The notes below the pieces were generated by a model. That model saw nothing but the letters and a program-made list of their open reading frames with translations, was not told the DNA's origin and ran no database searches. 45,326 nucleotides of DNA from a virus: IMG/VR virus record IMGVR_UViG_3300012189_000003, positions 1 to 45,326 of that record; one strand, written 5' to 3'. Of the stretch, positions 14,969 to 23,360 are shown in pieces (within the stretch, counting starts at the first letter, position 1; each line of letters opens with the position of its first letter). A program made the translations under genes and the position numbers.

Positions 14969-15905
14969 GATTGAAGAGAGGAGAGAGCCGCAGGGGTCTG
15001 AAAACCGGCCCGCAGTCCCCGAGCGCGGCCGGGATGCGGGAGACTACCGGGCGGGCACCGCCGCACTGGCGGAGATGGACGAAGGGGAATTTCGCCGTCG
15101 GCTGACCGCGCTCGTCCGCGGCCGGGCGCGGCTGCAGCAGATCCATACCGAGTTGATGACCCCCGAGATCGACTATGGGATCATCCCCGGGACGGGGAAG
15201 CCCACGCTCTTGAAAGCAGGCGCGGAGAAGCTGCTGCACTTCTATCGGCTCTCCTGCGAGTTCATTCCGATCATCCAGCGCGGCGACGGCGAGACCGAGC
15301 CCTGGTTGACGGTGGTCACCGAATGCCGGGCCCACGTGGGGGACCTGGCGGGCCCCGTGGTGGCGACGGGGCATGGCGCCGCCGCGAGCTGGGAGAAGCG
15401 GTACCGGCGGGGCGGTCCGGAAGTCGAGAGCGCGTACGACATGCTGAACACGCTCTTGAAGATGGCCGCCAAGCGCGCGATGGTGGATACCGCCCTGCGA
15501 GCCACGGCGACCTCCGGTCTCTATTCGCAGGACCTGGAAGACCTGGCGCCCGCCCAGGATGCCCGGAGAAGCGGCCCAGAGGCGCCAGGAGCGCGGGGAC
15601 GGGGACGGCCGCTGGGGAAGCCGCAGCGGGCTCTCCCGGCCGCTCCGGCGGCCCCTCCGGCGGTCTGTGGCGAGCTGGGCTGCGGCAGAAAGCTGGACGC
15701 TCATGAGATCGCCGCCGCCGGCCACTACCCAGTAGCATTCGGCGGGGAGAGGTTCTGCAAGGAGCACGGCCGGGCGCGGATCGCCCTCTGGAAGGCAGGT
15801 AAGGAAGCGGCGGGGGCAGCGAAGGAGGAGGAGGAGACGGACCCCTTCGCCGCGCCCGACGCGGCGGCAGAGTGGGGGGACAGCCATGGCGCTCAAGGAC
15901 AGTGA
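14958..15905 (+). CDS. Early protein, possible ssDNA-annealing/recombination protein with a C-terminal Cys cluster (315 aa)
   Basis: Track ORF. The position next to replication genes and the motifs KPTLLKAGAEKLLHFYRL and NTLLKMAAKRAMVDTAL recall phage recombination-module proteins. The family assignment is not verified. Confidence 0.35.
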   Translation: MSVEIEERREPQGSENRPAVPERGRDAGDYRAGTAALAEMDEGEFRRRLTALVRGRARLQQIHTELMTPEIDYGIIPGTGKPTLLKAGAEKLLHFYRLSCEFIPIIQRGDGETEPWLTVVTECRAHVGDLAGPVVATGHGAAASWEKRYRRGGPEVESAYDMLNTLLKMAAKRAMVDTALRATATSGLYSQDLEDLAPAQDARRSGPEAPGARGRGRPLGKPQRALPAAPAAPPAVCGELGCGRKLDAHEIAAAGHYPVAFGGERFCKEHGRARIALWKAGKEAAGAAKEEEETDPFAAPDAAAEWGDSHGAQGQ

Positions 15906-16131
15906 GGGGATCCGGCTGCTCGTCTGGCGCAATCTGCCGCAGGGCGGCCGGCAAGACATCAGCGCCGCGGTCCGACTGGGCGCCGGCCGAGCCAATCCGT
16001 TCGGGTGGTCAGAGTCCGATCTGATCTGGCGAAAACAGAAGATCGGCGAACTGTACTGCGGCTATCCGGAGCGCATGGAGTCGGGCTTTCACGCTGAGTG
16101 GGAGGATGAAGCAGCGGCAGCGGACCCCTGA
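15886..16131 (+). CDS. Hypothetical protein (81 aa)
   Basis: Track ORF overlapping the upstream gene end by 20 nt. Confidence 0.5.
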   Translation: MALKDSEGIRLLVWRNLPQGGRQDISAAVRLGAGRANPFGWSESDLIWRKQKIGELYCGYPERMESGFHAEWEDEAAAADP

Positions 16132-16172
16132 CTTTCTGGGATAGGAAGAATCCGTCACGGTACAGAAAGAAC

Positions 16173-16198
16173 GGGAGGCCGCCTTGACTCGGCCTCCC
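16173..16198 (+). terminator. Strong GC hairpin (possible terminator or attenuator)
   Basis: GGGAGGCCG (16173..16181), loop ccttgact, CGGCCTCCC (16190..16198); no clear U-tract. Confidence 0.45.
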
Positions 16199-16331
16199 GC
16201 TTCGCCCTGAAGCAGCAGAACACGTCATCCTATTGTTGGCTTGATTATACCACAATGCTGGCGTGTTGCACACAGGGCGGGCTGGGAACTGCTTTACGTC
16301 CCCCTCAATAAACAGGGGAAAGGAGTACGAA

Positions 16332-18230
16332 ATGGCGCGGACCGCGACGCCGCACACGCCGCCCTTGTGGTCGGCGGAACGCTATCTCAAGCTCGATTGG
16401 CCCGTGCTCGCCCTGCATACACCCCAGGTTGGGGGAGGGTGCTCCTGCGACCGGCCGGGCCTGGCGGAGGAGGAGAAATGCCAGCATCAAGGCAAGCACC
16501 CTCGGTTCGACAAGAACGACCTGCCCCACGGCCCGCTGTCCGGGACGCTGGATCCCGAAGTAATCACCGCGTGGCAGCAGCGGTGGCCGGGCGCCAACCT
16601 CGGCGTCCAGTGCGGTGAACGAGCCGGGATCTGGGTGCTCGACGCGGATGGAGACGAAGGCGCGGCCACGCTGCGGCGTGAGATCGACGCCCATGGGGGC
16701 GACTTTCCCAAGACTCCTCGACAGCGAACTGGCGGCGGCGGGCATCAGTTCTTTTTCCAGTACGTGCCGGGGTTGAAAGGGGAGGTCCGCTTCCTGCCAG
16801 GGCTCGATGTCAGAACACAGGGAAACCTGGTGGTCGTGCCGCCCTCGGTCCACAAGAGCGGCCGGCAGTACCATTGGGCGAAAGGCGAGAGTCCGGAGGA
16901 ACTGCCCCTCGCATTGGCGCCGCAGTGGCTGATCGCCGCGATCCACGAGTTCATGGCAAAGCAGTCAAAACCCGCGCCGGTGACGCCGGGCGAGCCGATC
17001 CGCATGGGAGAGCGGAACCAACGACTGTTCAGCCTCGCCGGCACCCTGCGGCGCAAGGGAATGAGCGAGCCGGGCATCCGCGTGGCGCTGTTGGAGGAGA
17101 ACAAGGAGCGGTGCCGGCCTCCCATGGAAGCTGCCGAAGTGATCGAGATCGCCCGCAAGGTCGTGGCGAACTACGCGCCGGCGGACTCCGGGCCGCACAA
17201 CGGTAGATCTACCCCTGTAGTCACCAGGAAAGAAGAAGAAGAAGAGACTCAGATTCTTCTTAGAGAGATCGAGCAGCAGAAGCAAGAGTGGATCACCGGC
17301 GAAGAGCTCATGGCGCGGCAATTCCCGCCGCTGCGCTGGGTGGTCCCGGGCATGCTGCCGGAGGGACTGGCACTGATCGGCGGTCCCTCGAAATCGTGCA
17401 AGTCCTGGATGTGCTGCGAGTTGGCCCTGGCGGTCGCTGCTGGAGGGCGGCTTTTCGGGCAATTGCCCGTGGAGAAAGGCGCCGTGCTCTATATGGCGCT
17501 GGAAGACAGCCAGCGCCGCTTGCAAGATCGTTTCCGGACGCTGCTGCGGGGCGAGCCGATGCCGGCTGGGCTTACTTGCGCGACGAAAGGGCTGCGGCTG
17601 CGCAATGGGCTGGAAGAGCAGCTTGGCCTTTGGGAGGAGAAAACGACCGGCGCGCGGCTCATCATCATCGACGTGCTGCAGAAGGTCCGCCCGCCAAAAC
17701 AGCCCGGTGGGGCCGATTATGAACAGGACTACACGGTGCTGGAGCCGCTCCACGACTGGGCGGATGACCGGCACGTCGCGGTCCTCTTCGCGCATCACAC
17801 CCGGAAAGCTTTAGCGGACGATCCGTACGATATGATCGCCGGGTCGGTCGCGCTGCAGGCGGTTCCGAACACGATTCTGGCGCTGATGCGGGCTCGTGGT
17901 GAAGTCGACGCGGTTCTCCACTATACCGGCCGCGAGGTGTCGGCGGACGCCCTGGCGCTGCAGTGGGATGCGAATAGCTGCGGGTGGAAGCTCCTGGGAA
18001 AGGCGCGCGACCACCGCCTTTCCCGGGAGAGAAGTGAAGTCCTTGACGTATTCGAGCGGGCCACCGAAGACTTGTCACCCGGCGACATCGCAGCGGTGCT
18101 GGGAAAGAAAGTCAGTGTGATCCAGTTTCTTCTCGCTCGTTTGGTTATCGAAGGGCTGGTACGGAAAACGTCGTACGGCAAGTACCGTCTGTGCTCGGGC
18201 GCTTCAGTGCAAAGACACCTGCCGGAATAA
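16332..18230 (+). CDS. Bifunctional Prim-Pol primase / PriCT / RepA-DnaB-like P-loop helicase (632 aa)
   Basis: AAAGGAG SD before ATG 16332. Prim-Pol-type motifs VLDADGDEG, GGGHQFFF and VVPPSVHKSGRQYHW; PriCT-like ERNQRLFSLAGTLRRKGMS; Walker-A-like GGPSKSCKSW with later IIIDVL. Confidence 0.8.
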   Translation: MARTATPHTPPLWSAERYLKLDWPVLALHTPQVGGGCSCDRPGLAEEEKCQHQGKHPRFDKNDLPHGPLSGTLDPEVITAWQQRWPGANLGVQCGERAGIWVLDADGDEGAATLRREIDAHGGDFPKTPRQRTGGGGHQFFFQYVPGLKGEVRFLPGLDVRTQGNLVVVPPSVHKSGRQYHWAKGESPEELPLALAPQWLIAAIHEFMAKQSKPAPVTPGEPIRMGERNQRLFSLAGTLRRKGMSEPGIRVALLEENKERCRPPMEAAEVIEIARKVVANYAPADSGPHNGRSTPVVTRKEEEEETQILLREIEQQKQEWITGEELMARQFPPLRWVVPGMLPEGLALIGGPSKSCKSWMCCELALAVAAGGRLFGQLPVEKGAVLYMALEDSQRRLQDRFRTLLRGEPMPAGLTCATKGLRLRNGLEEQLGLWEEKTTGARLIIIDVLQKVRPPKQPGGADYEQDYTVLEPLHDWADDRHVAVLFAHHTRKALADDPYDMIAGSVALQAVPNTILALMRARGEVDAVLHYTGREVSADALALQWDANSCGWKLLGKARDHRLSRERSEVLDVFERATEDLSPGDIAAVLGKKVSVIQFLLARLVIEGLVRKTSYGKYRLCSGASVQRHLPE

Positions 18231-18252
18231 GTCCGCGAGCTGACTCCGAGCC

Positions 18253-18297
18253 CTCCGAATGCTCCGAATGCTCCGAATGCTAAGAGTGCTGTGAGTT
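18253..18297. repeat. Tandem 9-mers: CTCCGAATG x3, then two degenerate units
   Basis: CTCCGAATG CTCCGAATG CTCCGAATG CTAAGAGTG CTGTGAGTT read directly. Confidence 0.9.
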
Positions 18298-18348
18298 GTA
18301 AAGGGTACCCTATCAGTGAGGGGCTTCGCCGCTGTGGTGCTATTCACA

Positions 18349-18436
18349 ACTCTCAGTGACTCTCAGTGACTCTTAGTGGTCCCACTAAGAGTTGTACAGG
18401 CACGGGCGTGTGCCTGGGAGGGTGTAACTCTTAGTA
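18349..18436. repeat. Iteron-like 10-mers ACTCT(C/T)AGTG, three direct, one inverted, one distal copy
   Basis: ACTCTCAGTG (18349, 18359), ACTCTTAGTG (18369), inverted CACTAAGAGT (18383), ACTCTTAGTA (18427); hairpin CAGGCAC/GTGCCTG at 18397..18416. Confidence 0.85.
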
Positions 18437-18455
18437 GTCGGAGTGAAATGGTAGG

Positions 18456-18511
18456 TGCGCGCGCGCGCGACTGAGAGGTTGTAGGTATATATAACATGCG
18501 CGCGCGCGCGA
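18456..18511. repeat. Two identical alternating-CG 15-mers flanking an AT-rich core
   Basis: TGCGCGCGCGCGCGA at 18456..18470 and 18497..18511; GTATATATAACA at 18485..18496. Confidence 0.9.
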
Positions 18512-18514
18512 AGA

Positions 18515-18739
18515 TCAGGGTTCGCCTGACGGCAGGAGCAGAATCAAGCCCGGATCTTCGCTGATCGCCATGACTTGCTCCATGGAGGTACAGCGGGGGC
18601 AGCCGACTCCGACGGCGCCTTCATGAGGAGTGAAGAGTTGATAAAGGCTTTCCGTTTCTTCACCGCAAGCGGGACAGATCGCAGCCTCCCGGTGCTGCCC
18701 TACCGCACGGACAGATTCCGGGAATGAGAACCGTTTCAT
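18515..18739 (-). CDS. Small zinc-ribbon protein (74 aa)
   Basis: Track ORF; CPACG...CPRC pattern; ATGA coupling to the upstream gene. Confidence 0.55.
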   Translation of the reverse strand: MKRFSFPESVRAVGQHREAAICPACGEETESLYQLFTPHEGAVGVGCPRCTSMEQVMAISEDPGLILLLPSGEP

Positions 18740-19041
18740 GTCGTGTGCCCTTCTTTCGGGTCTGACAACCCGACCCGGATCCGGTCGTCAGGGCCGTAGT
18801 AAACTCGGTTCAGTGGGTGGTCGCCGCGCTCGGGGTGCTCGTGGCCGATCCGGTCATCCAGATCGCTGCGGAGCTTGTCTACCTCTTTGAGAGCGCGCTC
18901 TGCCTGACGACCGATGACTGAGGAACTCCCGTAGGTATTGGCGAGCCGGACGTACTGATGAATCAGAAACTCGCGCACTTCGTAGAGCTTGTTTCCGAGG
19001 TCGCGGTGTTCCTCCCATTCCAACCGTTTCTTGAGCTTCAT
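18736..19041 (-). CDS. Hypothetical protein (101 aa)
   Basis: Internal ATG 19041 of track ORF 18736..19278, with GAGGAG SD. Confidence 0.55.
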   Translation of the reverse strand: MKLKKRLEWEEHRDLGNKLYEVREFLIHQYVRLANTYGSSSVIGRQAERALKEVDKLRSDLDDRIGHEHPERGDHPLNRVYYGPDDRIRVGLSDPKEGHTT

Positions 19042-19235
19042 GGCGCTTCTCCTCGCCGCCGCTCGCGGCACGCTTGCTCGTCCCTGCATACCAGTCTGTG
19101 GTCCCAGCGCCCCCGCTGTTCGTCCAGCAGCAGCCGGATACTGCCGTCGCGCGGATCTCCCAGCGGGTGACGGCACAGAAAACAGCGGCCCGTGCCGGCG
19201 GGGAGCGGCCGGCCACCGAAGGCGGGGCGCTTCAT
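19038..19235 (-). CDS. Hypothetical Cys-containing small protein (65 aa)
   Basis: Internal ATG 19235 of track ORF 19038..19325, with GGGAGA SD. Confidence 0.5.
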   Translation of the reverse strand: MKRPAFGGRPLPAGTGRCFLCRHPLGDPRDGSIRLLLDEQRGRWDHRLVCRDEQACRERRRGEAP

Positions 19236-19435
19236 TCTCCCTGCTGCTCCGGCCAGACGTTCTCCACCGCCTCTCCATGCTGAGTGAGGACGGCCAGGTC
19301 GAAGCGGGGAGCGCGGCGCAGGCACTCCCGAGCCGCAGCGCGGGCCATCTCCAGCCCCCGCCAGGTGCCCGGCAGGTCGTGGGCGTTCTCTGCGCCCCGG
19401 GGGAGCAGGCGGATGCGGTAGGCCAGGGCGCTCAT
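19232..19435 (-). CDS. Hypothetical protein (67 aa)
   Basis: Track ORF; ATGA coupling downstream. Confidence 0.5.
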   Translation of the reverse strand: MSALAYRIRLLPRGAENAHDLPGTWRGLEMARAAARECLRRAPRFDLAVLTQHGEAVENVWPEQQGE

Positions 19436-19436
19436 G

Positions 19437-20159
19437 CTACCCTCTCTGCTGCTGCCGCTTCAGGTCAGCCTGGACGCGGCGCAGATCGTCCTCCAACCGG
19501 AGGGTGTCGCTGCGGTGCCGTTCCGAAAGCTCGGAGAGCGCCTCCGCCTGCTTGCGCCGCACGTTGGCTTCCCGCTCTGATTGGAAGTATTCCCGGCTTG
19601 CCTGCGATTCGGCATCAGTATCCAGGCACTCCTCGATCAGCGCGCGCACCGCGGCGGCGAGCTGCTCTGCTGGGTTGAGAGCGGCAGCAGGGCCGCGGAC
19701 GAGGGACAGGTCGGGGGAAGCGGCGATCCGGACGGCTTCCTCGGCTGCGGCGCGGCAGCCAAAGCATGGGGCTTGCGGCAAAGCGAGGAGCTCGCCCAGA
19801 GTCAACAGGCTTTGGACCGGCTCCGTCATGCTCTGCCCGCACTCGGGGCAGGGGCGCTCGAGGAGCACCTGGTCGTACCCGTAACTCTCGCTGGGGCGGA
19901 ACCGCAGGCCGTCCTGTTCCCAGCGCAAGCCCGCCTCTGTCTCCCGCCACGCCCCGGGCCAGGCGAGCCGCACCGGGTCCCAAGGTAGTCGGTCGTCGTC
20001 ATGGGGGAGGCAGAGGGCCCGATGGAGCGCGATGGTGAAGCGCTCTCGCAGCGTCTCCTGCTGCTTCAGTAGCTCGGCAGCCTCTTTCTCCGTCTTTTTT
20101 GCCTGGTGATCATGGTAGAGCACCAGGGCGCGGTCTGTCAGGGTTGGGGTCGTTTGCAT
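19437..20159 (-). CDS. Hypothetical protein with a central Cys4 motif and C-terminal coiled coil (240 aa)
   Basis: Track ORF 19437..20174. AGGAG lies 6 nt before ATG 20159. CPECG...CFGC, then a charged heptad-like tail. Confidence 0.6.
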   Translation of the reverse strand: MQTTPTLTDRALVLYHDHQAKKTEKEAAELLKQQETLRERFTIALHRALCLPHDDDRLPWDPVRLAWPGAWRETEAGLRWEQDGLRFRPSESYGYDQVLLERPCPECGQSMTEPVQSLLTLGELLALPQAPCFGCRAAAEEAVRIAASPDLSLVRGPAAALNPAEQLAAAVRALIEECLDTDAESQASREYFQSEREANVRRKQAEALSELSERHRSDTLRLEDDLRRVQADLKRQQQRG

Positions 20160-20177
20160 CACGGTCTCCTGCACCTG

Positions 20178-20201
20178 CCGGGAGGGAGAGGCCCCTCCCG
20201 G
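20178..20201 (-). terminator. Intra-operon GC hairpin (attenuator or terminator candidate)
   Basis: CCGGGAGGG (20178..20186) and CCCTCCCGG (20193..20201), between the SWIM gene and the next minus-strand gene. Confidence 0.4.
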
Positions 20202-20222
20202 CGCGAGAATACTGACGGCCTG

Positions 20223-20606
20223 TCAGGCAAAGATCGCCTTCAGCTTCGCGTCTTCGGCCGCTGCCTGCTTCCTGCGGGCCCGCTCAACCCGGATAGCCCC
20301 TGCCACCAGCAGGTTGCCTTCCTCTTGATGATGCCGCAGCCACTTCTCAAGTTGCTCGTCCGAGAGGCTGCGGGCCAGTTTCGCGGCTTTGAGCCAATCT
20401 CGCTGCTCCATGCACGCCTGAATGTGCTTGCAGACGAGCGGGCCGCGCTTCGAGAAGTGGGGGCAGGTACAGGTCGGGTCTCTTTTAAGGTTGACCAGGT
20501 ACGACTTGCCTTCCTCGCGGAAGCTGTCTACCGCGTAGAGCTGCTCATGCTCGTTGACGAGGCGGGCGGGGGTCGGTTTTCCGGGTGAGTACGCTGCTGC
20601 TGCCAT
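20223..20606 (-). CDS. SWIM-type zinc-finger protein (127 aa)
   Basis: Internal ATG 20606 with GAGGAGAG SD; CTCPHF...CKHIQA matches the CxC...CxH SWIM signature. Confidence 0.65.
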   Translation of the reverse strand: MAAAAYSPGKPTPARLVNEHEQLYAVDSFREEGKSYLVNLKRDPTCTCPHFSKRGPLVCKHIQACMEQRDWLKAAKLARSLSDEQLEKWLRHHQEEGNLLVAGAIRVERARRKQAAAEDAKLKAIFA

Positions 20607-20643
20607 GGTTCTCTCCTCTGCGTCTGAACTGTTCACTGATCTC

Positions 20644-20684
20644 ATGTTACCATGCTTGGGGGATTTCGTCAACTTTATATTGAC
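20644..20684 (-). promoter_or_regulatory. Sigma70-like promoter for the minus-strand early operon, overlapped by palindrome GTCAACTTTATATTGAC
   Basis: Minus strand: TTGACG (20672..20667), 17 nt, TAACAT (20649..20644). Palindrome at 20668..20684. Confidence 0.65.
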
Positions 20685-20963
20685 TTGTGAGAATTTCTTT
20701 TGGCACAGGAGGAAGCCGCGGGAGGCGCGGCGAACGCACTCGCGCTGGAATAGGCCGGCTTGGCCGGCGTCCCGGCTAGATCGGTAGCTTCCCCCGCCGG
20801 GGCTGCAGATCTCCGGCGGGGCCTGATCTCGCGATGACTGCTGTTGCTACTGCCCGCAAGAGAGCGCCCAAAGAAACGCCGCCGGCCTCCCCGCCGGCTG
20901 GACCCGAGTTCGTCATCCGCCTAATGGACCCGGCGGCGTTGACGGCCCACCCCGAGAACCGGC
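20668..20963 (+). repeat. Copy A of a long direct repeat (regulatory region plus first 43 codons of the ParB-methyltransferase gene)
   Basis: Aligns with 21883..22140. Identical runs of 57, 37, 34 and 32 nt. Copy A carries an extra roughly 25-nt insert near 20755..20780. Confidence 0.9.
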
Positions 20964-20971
20964 TCCCATGA
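20834..20971 (+). pseudogene. Truncated 5' copy of the ParB-methyltransferase gene (45 codons)
   Basis: MTAVATARKRAPKETPPASPPAGPEFVIRLMDPAALTAHPEN matches the start of 22011..23357, then RLP*. Its stop overlaps ATG 20968. Confidence 0.8.
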
Positions 20972-21330
20972 GGCGCCTCCAGTTTCGCTCTCAGCTAGCG
21001 CCCCGCTCGCGCCCAGCCCTCTTTGATCTGGAGTTCGTGTTCGGTTGGTGGGCCGACCAGAGCCCGGCTGAGAAAGAGGCGACGATCACCCGGATACGCC
21101 GCGAGTGCCAGGCGGAAAACGAGCGCCGCCGGCACTCGCGGCCCCAGCCGGGAGAGCGTTATCACTCCTGGACGGTGATTGGCCCCGCGCCGCCAGGCAG
21201 CCGCGGGGGGTGCGTCGCTGTTCGCTGCGATTGCGGCGCCGCCGGTGTCGTTGCCGCCTCCGCTCTGCGCCTCTCGCGCTCCCGATCATGTGTCAAATGC
21301 ACTCGGCTGCGACAAGCACCCGAGGGGTGA
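20968..21330 (+). CDS. Hypothetical protein with a C-terminal zinc-ribbon-like motif (120 aa)
   Basis: Track ORF. YHSWTVIG...VRCDCGAAGVVAASALRLSRSRSCVKC resembles the Cys4 module common in phage nuclease-associated proteins. Confidence 0.55.
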   Translation: MRRLQFRSQLAPRSRPALFDLEFVFGWWADQSPAEKEATITRIRRECQAENERRRHSRPQPGERYHSWTVIGPAPPGSRGGCVAVRCDCGAAGVVAASALRLSRSRSCVKCTRLRQAPEG

Positions 21331-21500
21331 CTCGCGAAGCGGGAGCCATGATCCATGGCCGGCCGTCTTTCGCACCGCAGGCTGCTCCGGCCGTTCTCGG
21401 GGTCGGGATAGAGACCGGGGGAGTAGTAAGTGACGACGACGCCGGCCGCCACGTCGGTCTTCAGGTCCTTTTTGCTGCGGTAGTTCTTGTGCGTGTACAC
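21162..21500 (-). CDS. Small phage protein. Only the N-terminal ~60 aa are credible; the tail runs antisense into 20968..21330
   Basis: GTG 21500 with AAGGAA SD. MYTHKNYRSKKDLKTDVAAG...GLYPDPENG recalls a small conserved phage family (from memory only). No stop occurs until 21162. Confidence 0.45.
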   Translation of the reverse strand: MYTHKNYRSKKDLKTDVAAGVVVTYYSPGLYPDPENGRSSLRCERRPAMDHGSRFASHPSGACRSRVHLTHDRERERRRAEAATTPAAPQSQRTATHPPRLPGGAGPITVQE

Positions 21501-21511
21501 GGAACGGTTCC

Positions 21512-21718
21512 TTACTTGGTCGAGAGAGTACTGATGAAAGCGTTGTTGAAGAGGGACGCTCTCAGCCAGGTTGCTTCCGGATTGCGGGGGAACCGCACCC
21601 AGAAGCCGCCGTTCTCTTCACTGACAATCCGAGCGACATGAACAAAGCGGTTCGTCTGCCGCTGGAAGGCGAGGAGGACCCAGTCTCCCAGTTCGGGAGA
21701 GCGACTCACGCGGTTCAT
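21512..21718 (-). CDS. Hypothetical protein (68 aa)
   Basis: Internal ATG 21718 of track ORF 21512..21796, with AGGAAAGGAA SD. Confidence 0.5.
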   Translation of the reverse strand: MNRVSRSPELGDWVLLAFQRQTNRFVHVARIVSEENGGFWVRFPRNPEATWLRASLFNNAFISTLSTK

Positions 21719-21858
21719 CCGGGGGTTCCTTTCCTGAAGAAATGAGCGGTGGGGGCGGATCGTCTCCTTCGCGCGTCCCGCGACCGGTCTGTTCAACCTG
21801 GCCGCCCGCCTGGGGAGAAGTCCCCGCCGGCCCCCTCGCGCTCGCTGTTGTCAATTAC

Positions 21859-21899
21859 ACATTACCATAGAAAGCGAGTGTTGTCAACTTAAACTTGAC
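21859..21899 (-). promoter_or_regulatory. Sigma70-like promoter for minus-strand genes 21718..21162, overlapped by palindrome GTCAACTTAAACTTGAC
   Basis: Minus strand: TTGACA (21887..21882), 17 nt, TAATGT (21864..21859). Palindrome at 21883..21899. Confidence 0.65.
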
Positions 21900-22140
21900 G
21901 AGAAGCGAAAGGAGGAGGTAGGAGGAGGAACGGCGAACGCCCTCCTGCCGGAATAGATCGGTAGCTTGCTCAGCCGGGGCTGCAGATCTCCGGCGGGGCC
22001 TGATCTCACGATGACTGCTGTTGCTACTGCCCGCAAGAGAGCGCCTAAAGAAACGCCGCCGGCCTCCCCGCCGGCTGGGCCCGAGTTCGTCATCCGCCTA
22101 ATGGACCCGGCGGCGTTGACGGCCCACCCCGAGAACTGGC
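21883..22140 (+). repeat. Copy B of the long direct repeat (see 20668..20963)
   Basis: Direct alignment by eye. The differences inside the coding part are synonymous (ccc/cct, gga/ggg). Confidence 0.9.
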
Positions 22141-23357
22141 GCCGGCATCCAGACCGCCAGAAGGAAGCTATAGTCTCCTCGATTGCTGAGTTCGGATACC
22201 TCGCCTCTGTCCTCTGGAATGAGCGCACCGGGCGTCTCTTGGATGGTCATGCGCGCGTGGAGTTGGCGCTGGCGCAGGGTACCGACCGCCTTCCCGTCCG
22301 CGTGATCGATGTTCCCGAGCGCACCGAGCGCCGCATCCTGGCAAGCTTTGATCGCATTGGGGAACTGCGCGGGCAAGACGACGCCGCGCTCGCCGCCCTG
22401 CTCGCCTCGCTGGCCGAGGAGGGGCCGCTACCGCCCGGTTGGGAGCAGCCCGACTTGAACCGCCTCCTGGCCATGCTGGGCGCCTCGGGGCTGCTGCCTG
22501 GCGCTGATCCGGACGCGCTCCCCGACTCCGCCGAAACCCGCTGCCAGCCCGGCGACCTCTGGCAGCTCGGGCCGCATCGGCTGCTCTGTGGCGATTGCAC
22601 GGACGCGGCGTCGGTCGCGCGGCTGATAGGTTCGGAAAAGCCCCTGCTCATGGCGACCGACCCGCCCTATGGGATCTCCCTGAACATGGAGGGCCGGGCT
22701 GCCCGAGGGCAGTCCGGCGCGCAGGCAGGCTTGTCGGGACGAGGCAGCGCCTGCCCGTCTTACATGCAGGCCCGCAAGCCCGGCGGGGCGGTCCTTTCCG
22801 GGGATACCCGTGCCGATTGGTCGGAGGCTTTCGCCCTGGTTCCTGCTCTGGCAGTGGCCTACGTCTGGCATGCCGACGTGCACACGTGCGCAGTGCGCGC
22901 CGGCCTGCAGGAGATTGGGTTTACTCTTTTCCAGCAGATCATTTGGGACAGAACACAGGCAGCGCCCACCCATACCCACTATTGGTATGCGCATGACCCG
23001 TGTTGGTATGCTCGGAAGGCCCGGGCTCCCTGGTATGGGCGGGGAGGCAGCAACACCGAGACGATTTGGGTTGCTCCCTCCCCGAAAAGCGTCCGCGGGA
23101 AGATCCGCTCTCAAGAAGAGAAGTTCCCCCACCCCACCCAGAAGCCGGTCGAGCTCTGGCGGCACCCCATCGAAAATCACACGGTCCCCGGTGATCCCGT
23201 CTATGAGCCCTTCGCCGGCAGCGGGACGGCCCTCATCGCCTGCGAGCAGCATGGCCGCCGCTGCCTGGCCCTTGAAATTGAGCCCCGGTTCTGTGATATT
23301 ATTCTTGCCAGGTACACCGCAGGGACCGGTAAGGATCCGGAGCTGCTGGAGCGTTAG
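22011..23357 (+). CDS. ParB-like nuclease domain fused to an N6/N4 DNA methyltransferase (448 aa)
   Basis: N-terminal LTAHPENWRRHPDRQ...LLDGHARVELA; methyltransferase motif IV ATDPPYG, TQKPVEL, and motif I EPFAGSGTALIACE. Confidence 0.85.
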   Translation: MTAVATARKRAPKETPPASPPAGPEFVIRLMDPAALTAHPENWRRHPDRQKEAIVSSIAEFGYLASVLWNERTGRLLDGHARVELALAQGTDRLPVRVIDVPERTERRILASFDRIGELRGQDDAALAALLASLAEEGPLPPGWEQPDLNRLLAMLGASGLLPGADPDALPDSAETRCQPGDLWQLGPHRLLCGDCTDAASVARLIGSEKPLLMATDPPYGISLNMEGRAARGQSGAQAGLSGRGSACPSYMQARKPGGAVLSGDTRADWSEAFALVPALAVAYVWHADVHTCAVRAGLQEIGFTLFQQIIWDRTQAAPTHTHYWYAHDPCWYARKARAPWYGRGGSNTETIWVAPSPKSVRGKIRSQEEKFPHPTQKPVELWRHPIENHTVPGDPVYEPFAGSGTALIACEQHGRRCLALEIEPRFCDIILARYTAGTGKDPELLER

Positions 23358-23360
23358 CGC

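Noticed and set aside
18253-18392. Possible CRISPR array
   Set aside because: The repeats are only 9-10 nt, directly tandem with no unique spacers, and no cas genes are present. An iteron or origin-type repeat is more plausible.
20686-20694. Plus-strand promoter for the ParB-remnant transcript (TGTGAGAAT as an extended -10)
   Set aside because: Only 4 of 6 positions match the -10 consensus, there is no -35, and copy B (21900 onward) has no equivalent. Too weak to call.
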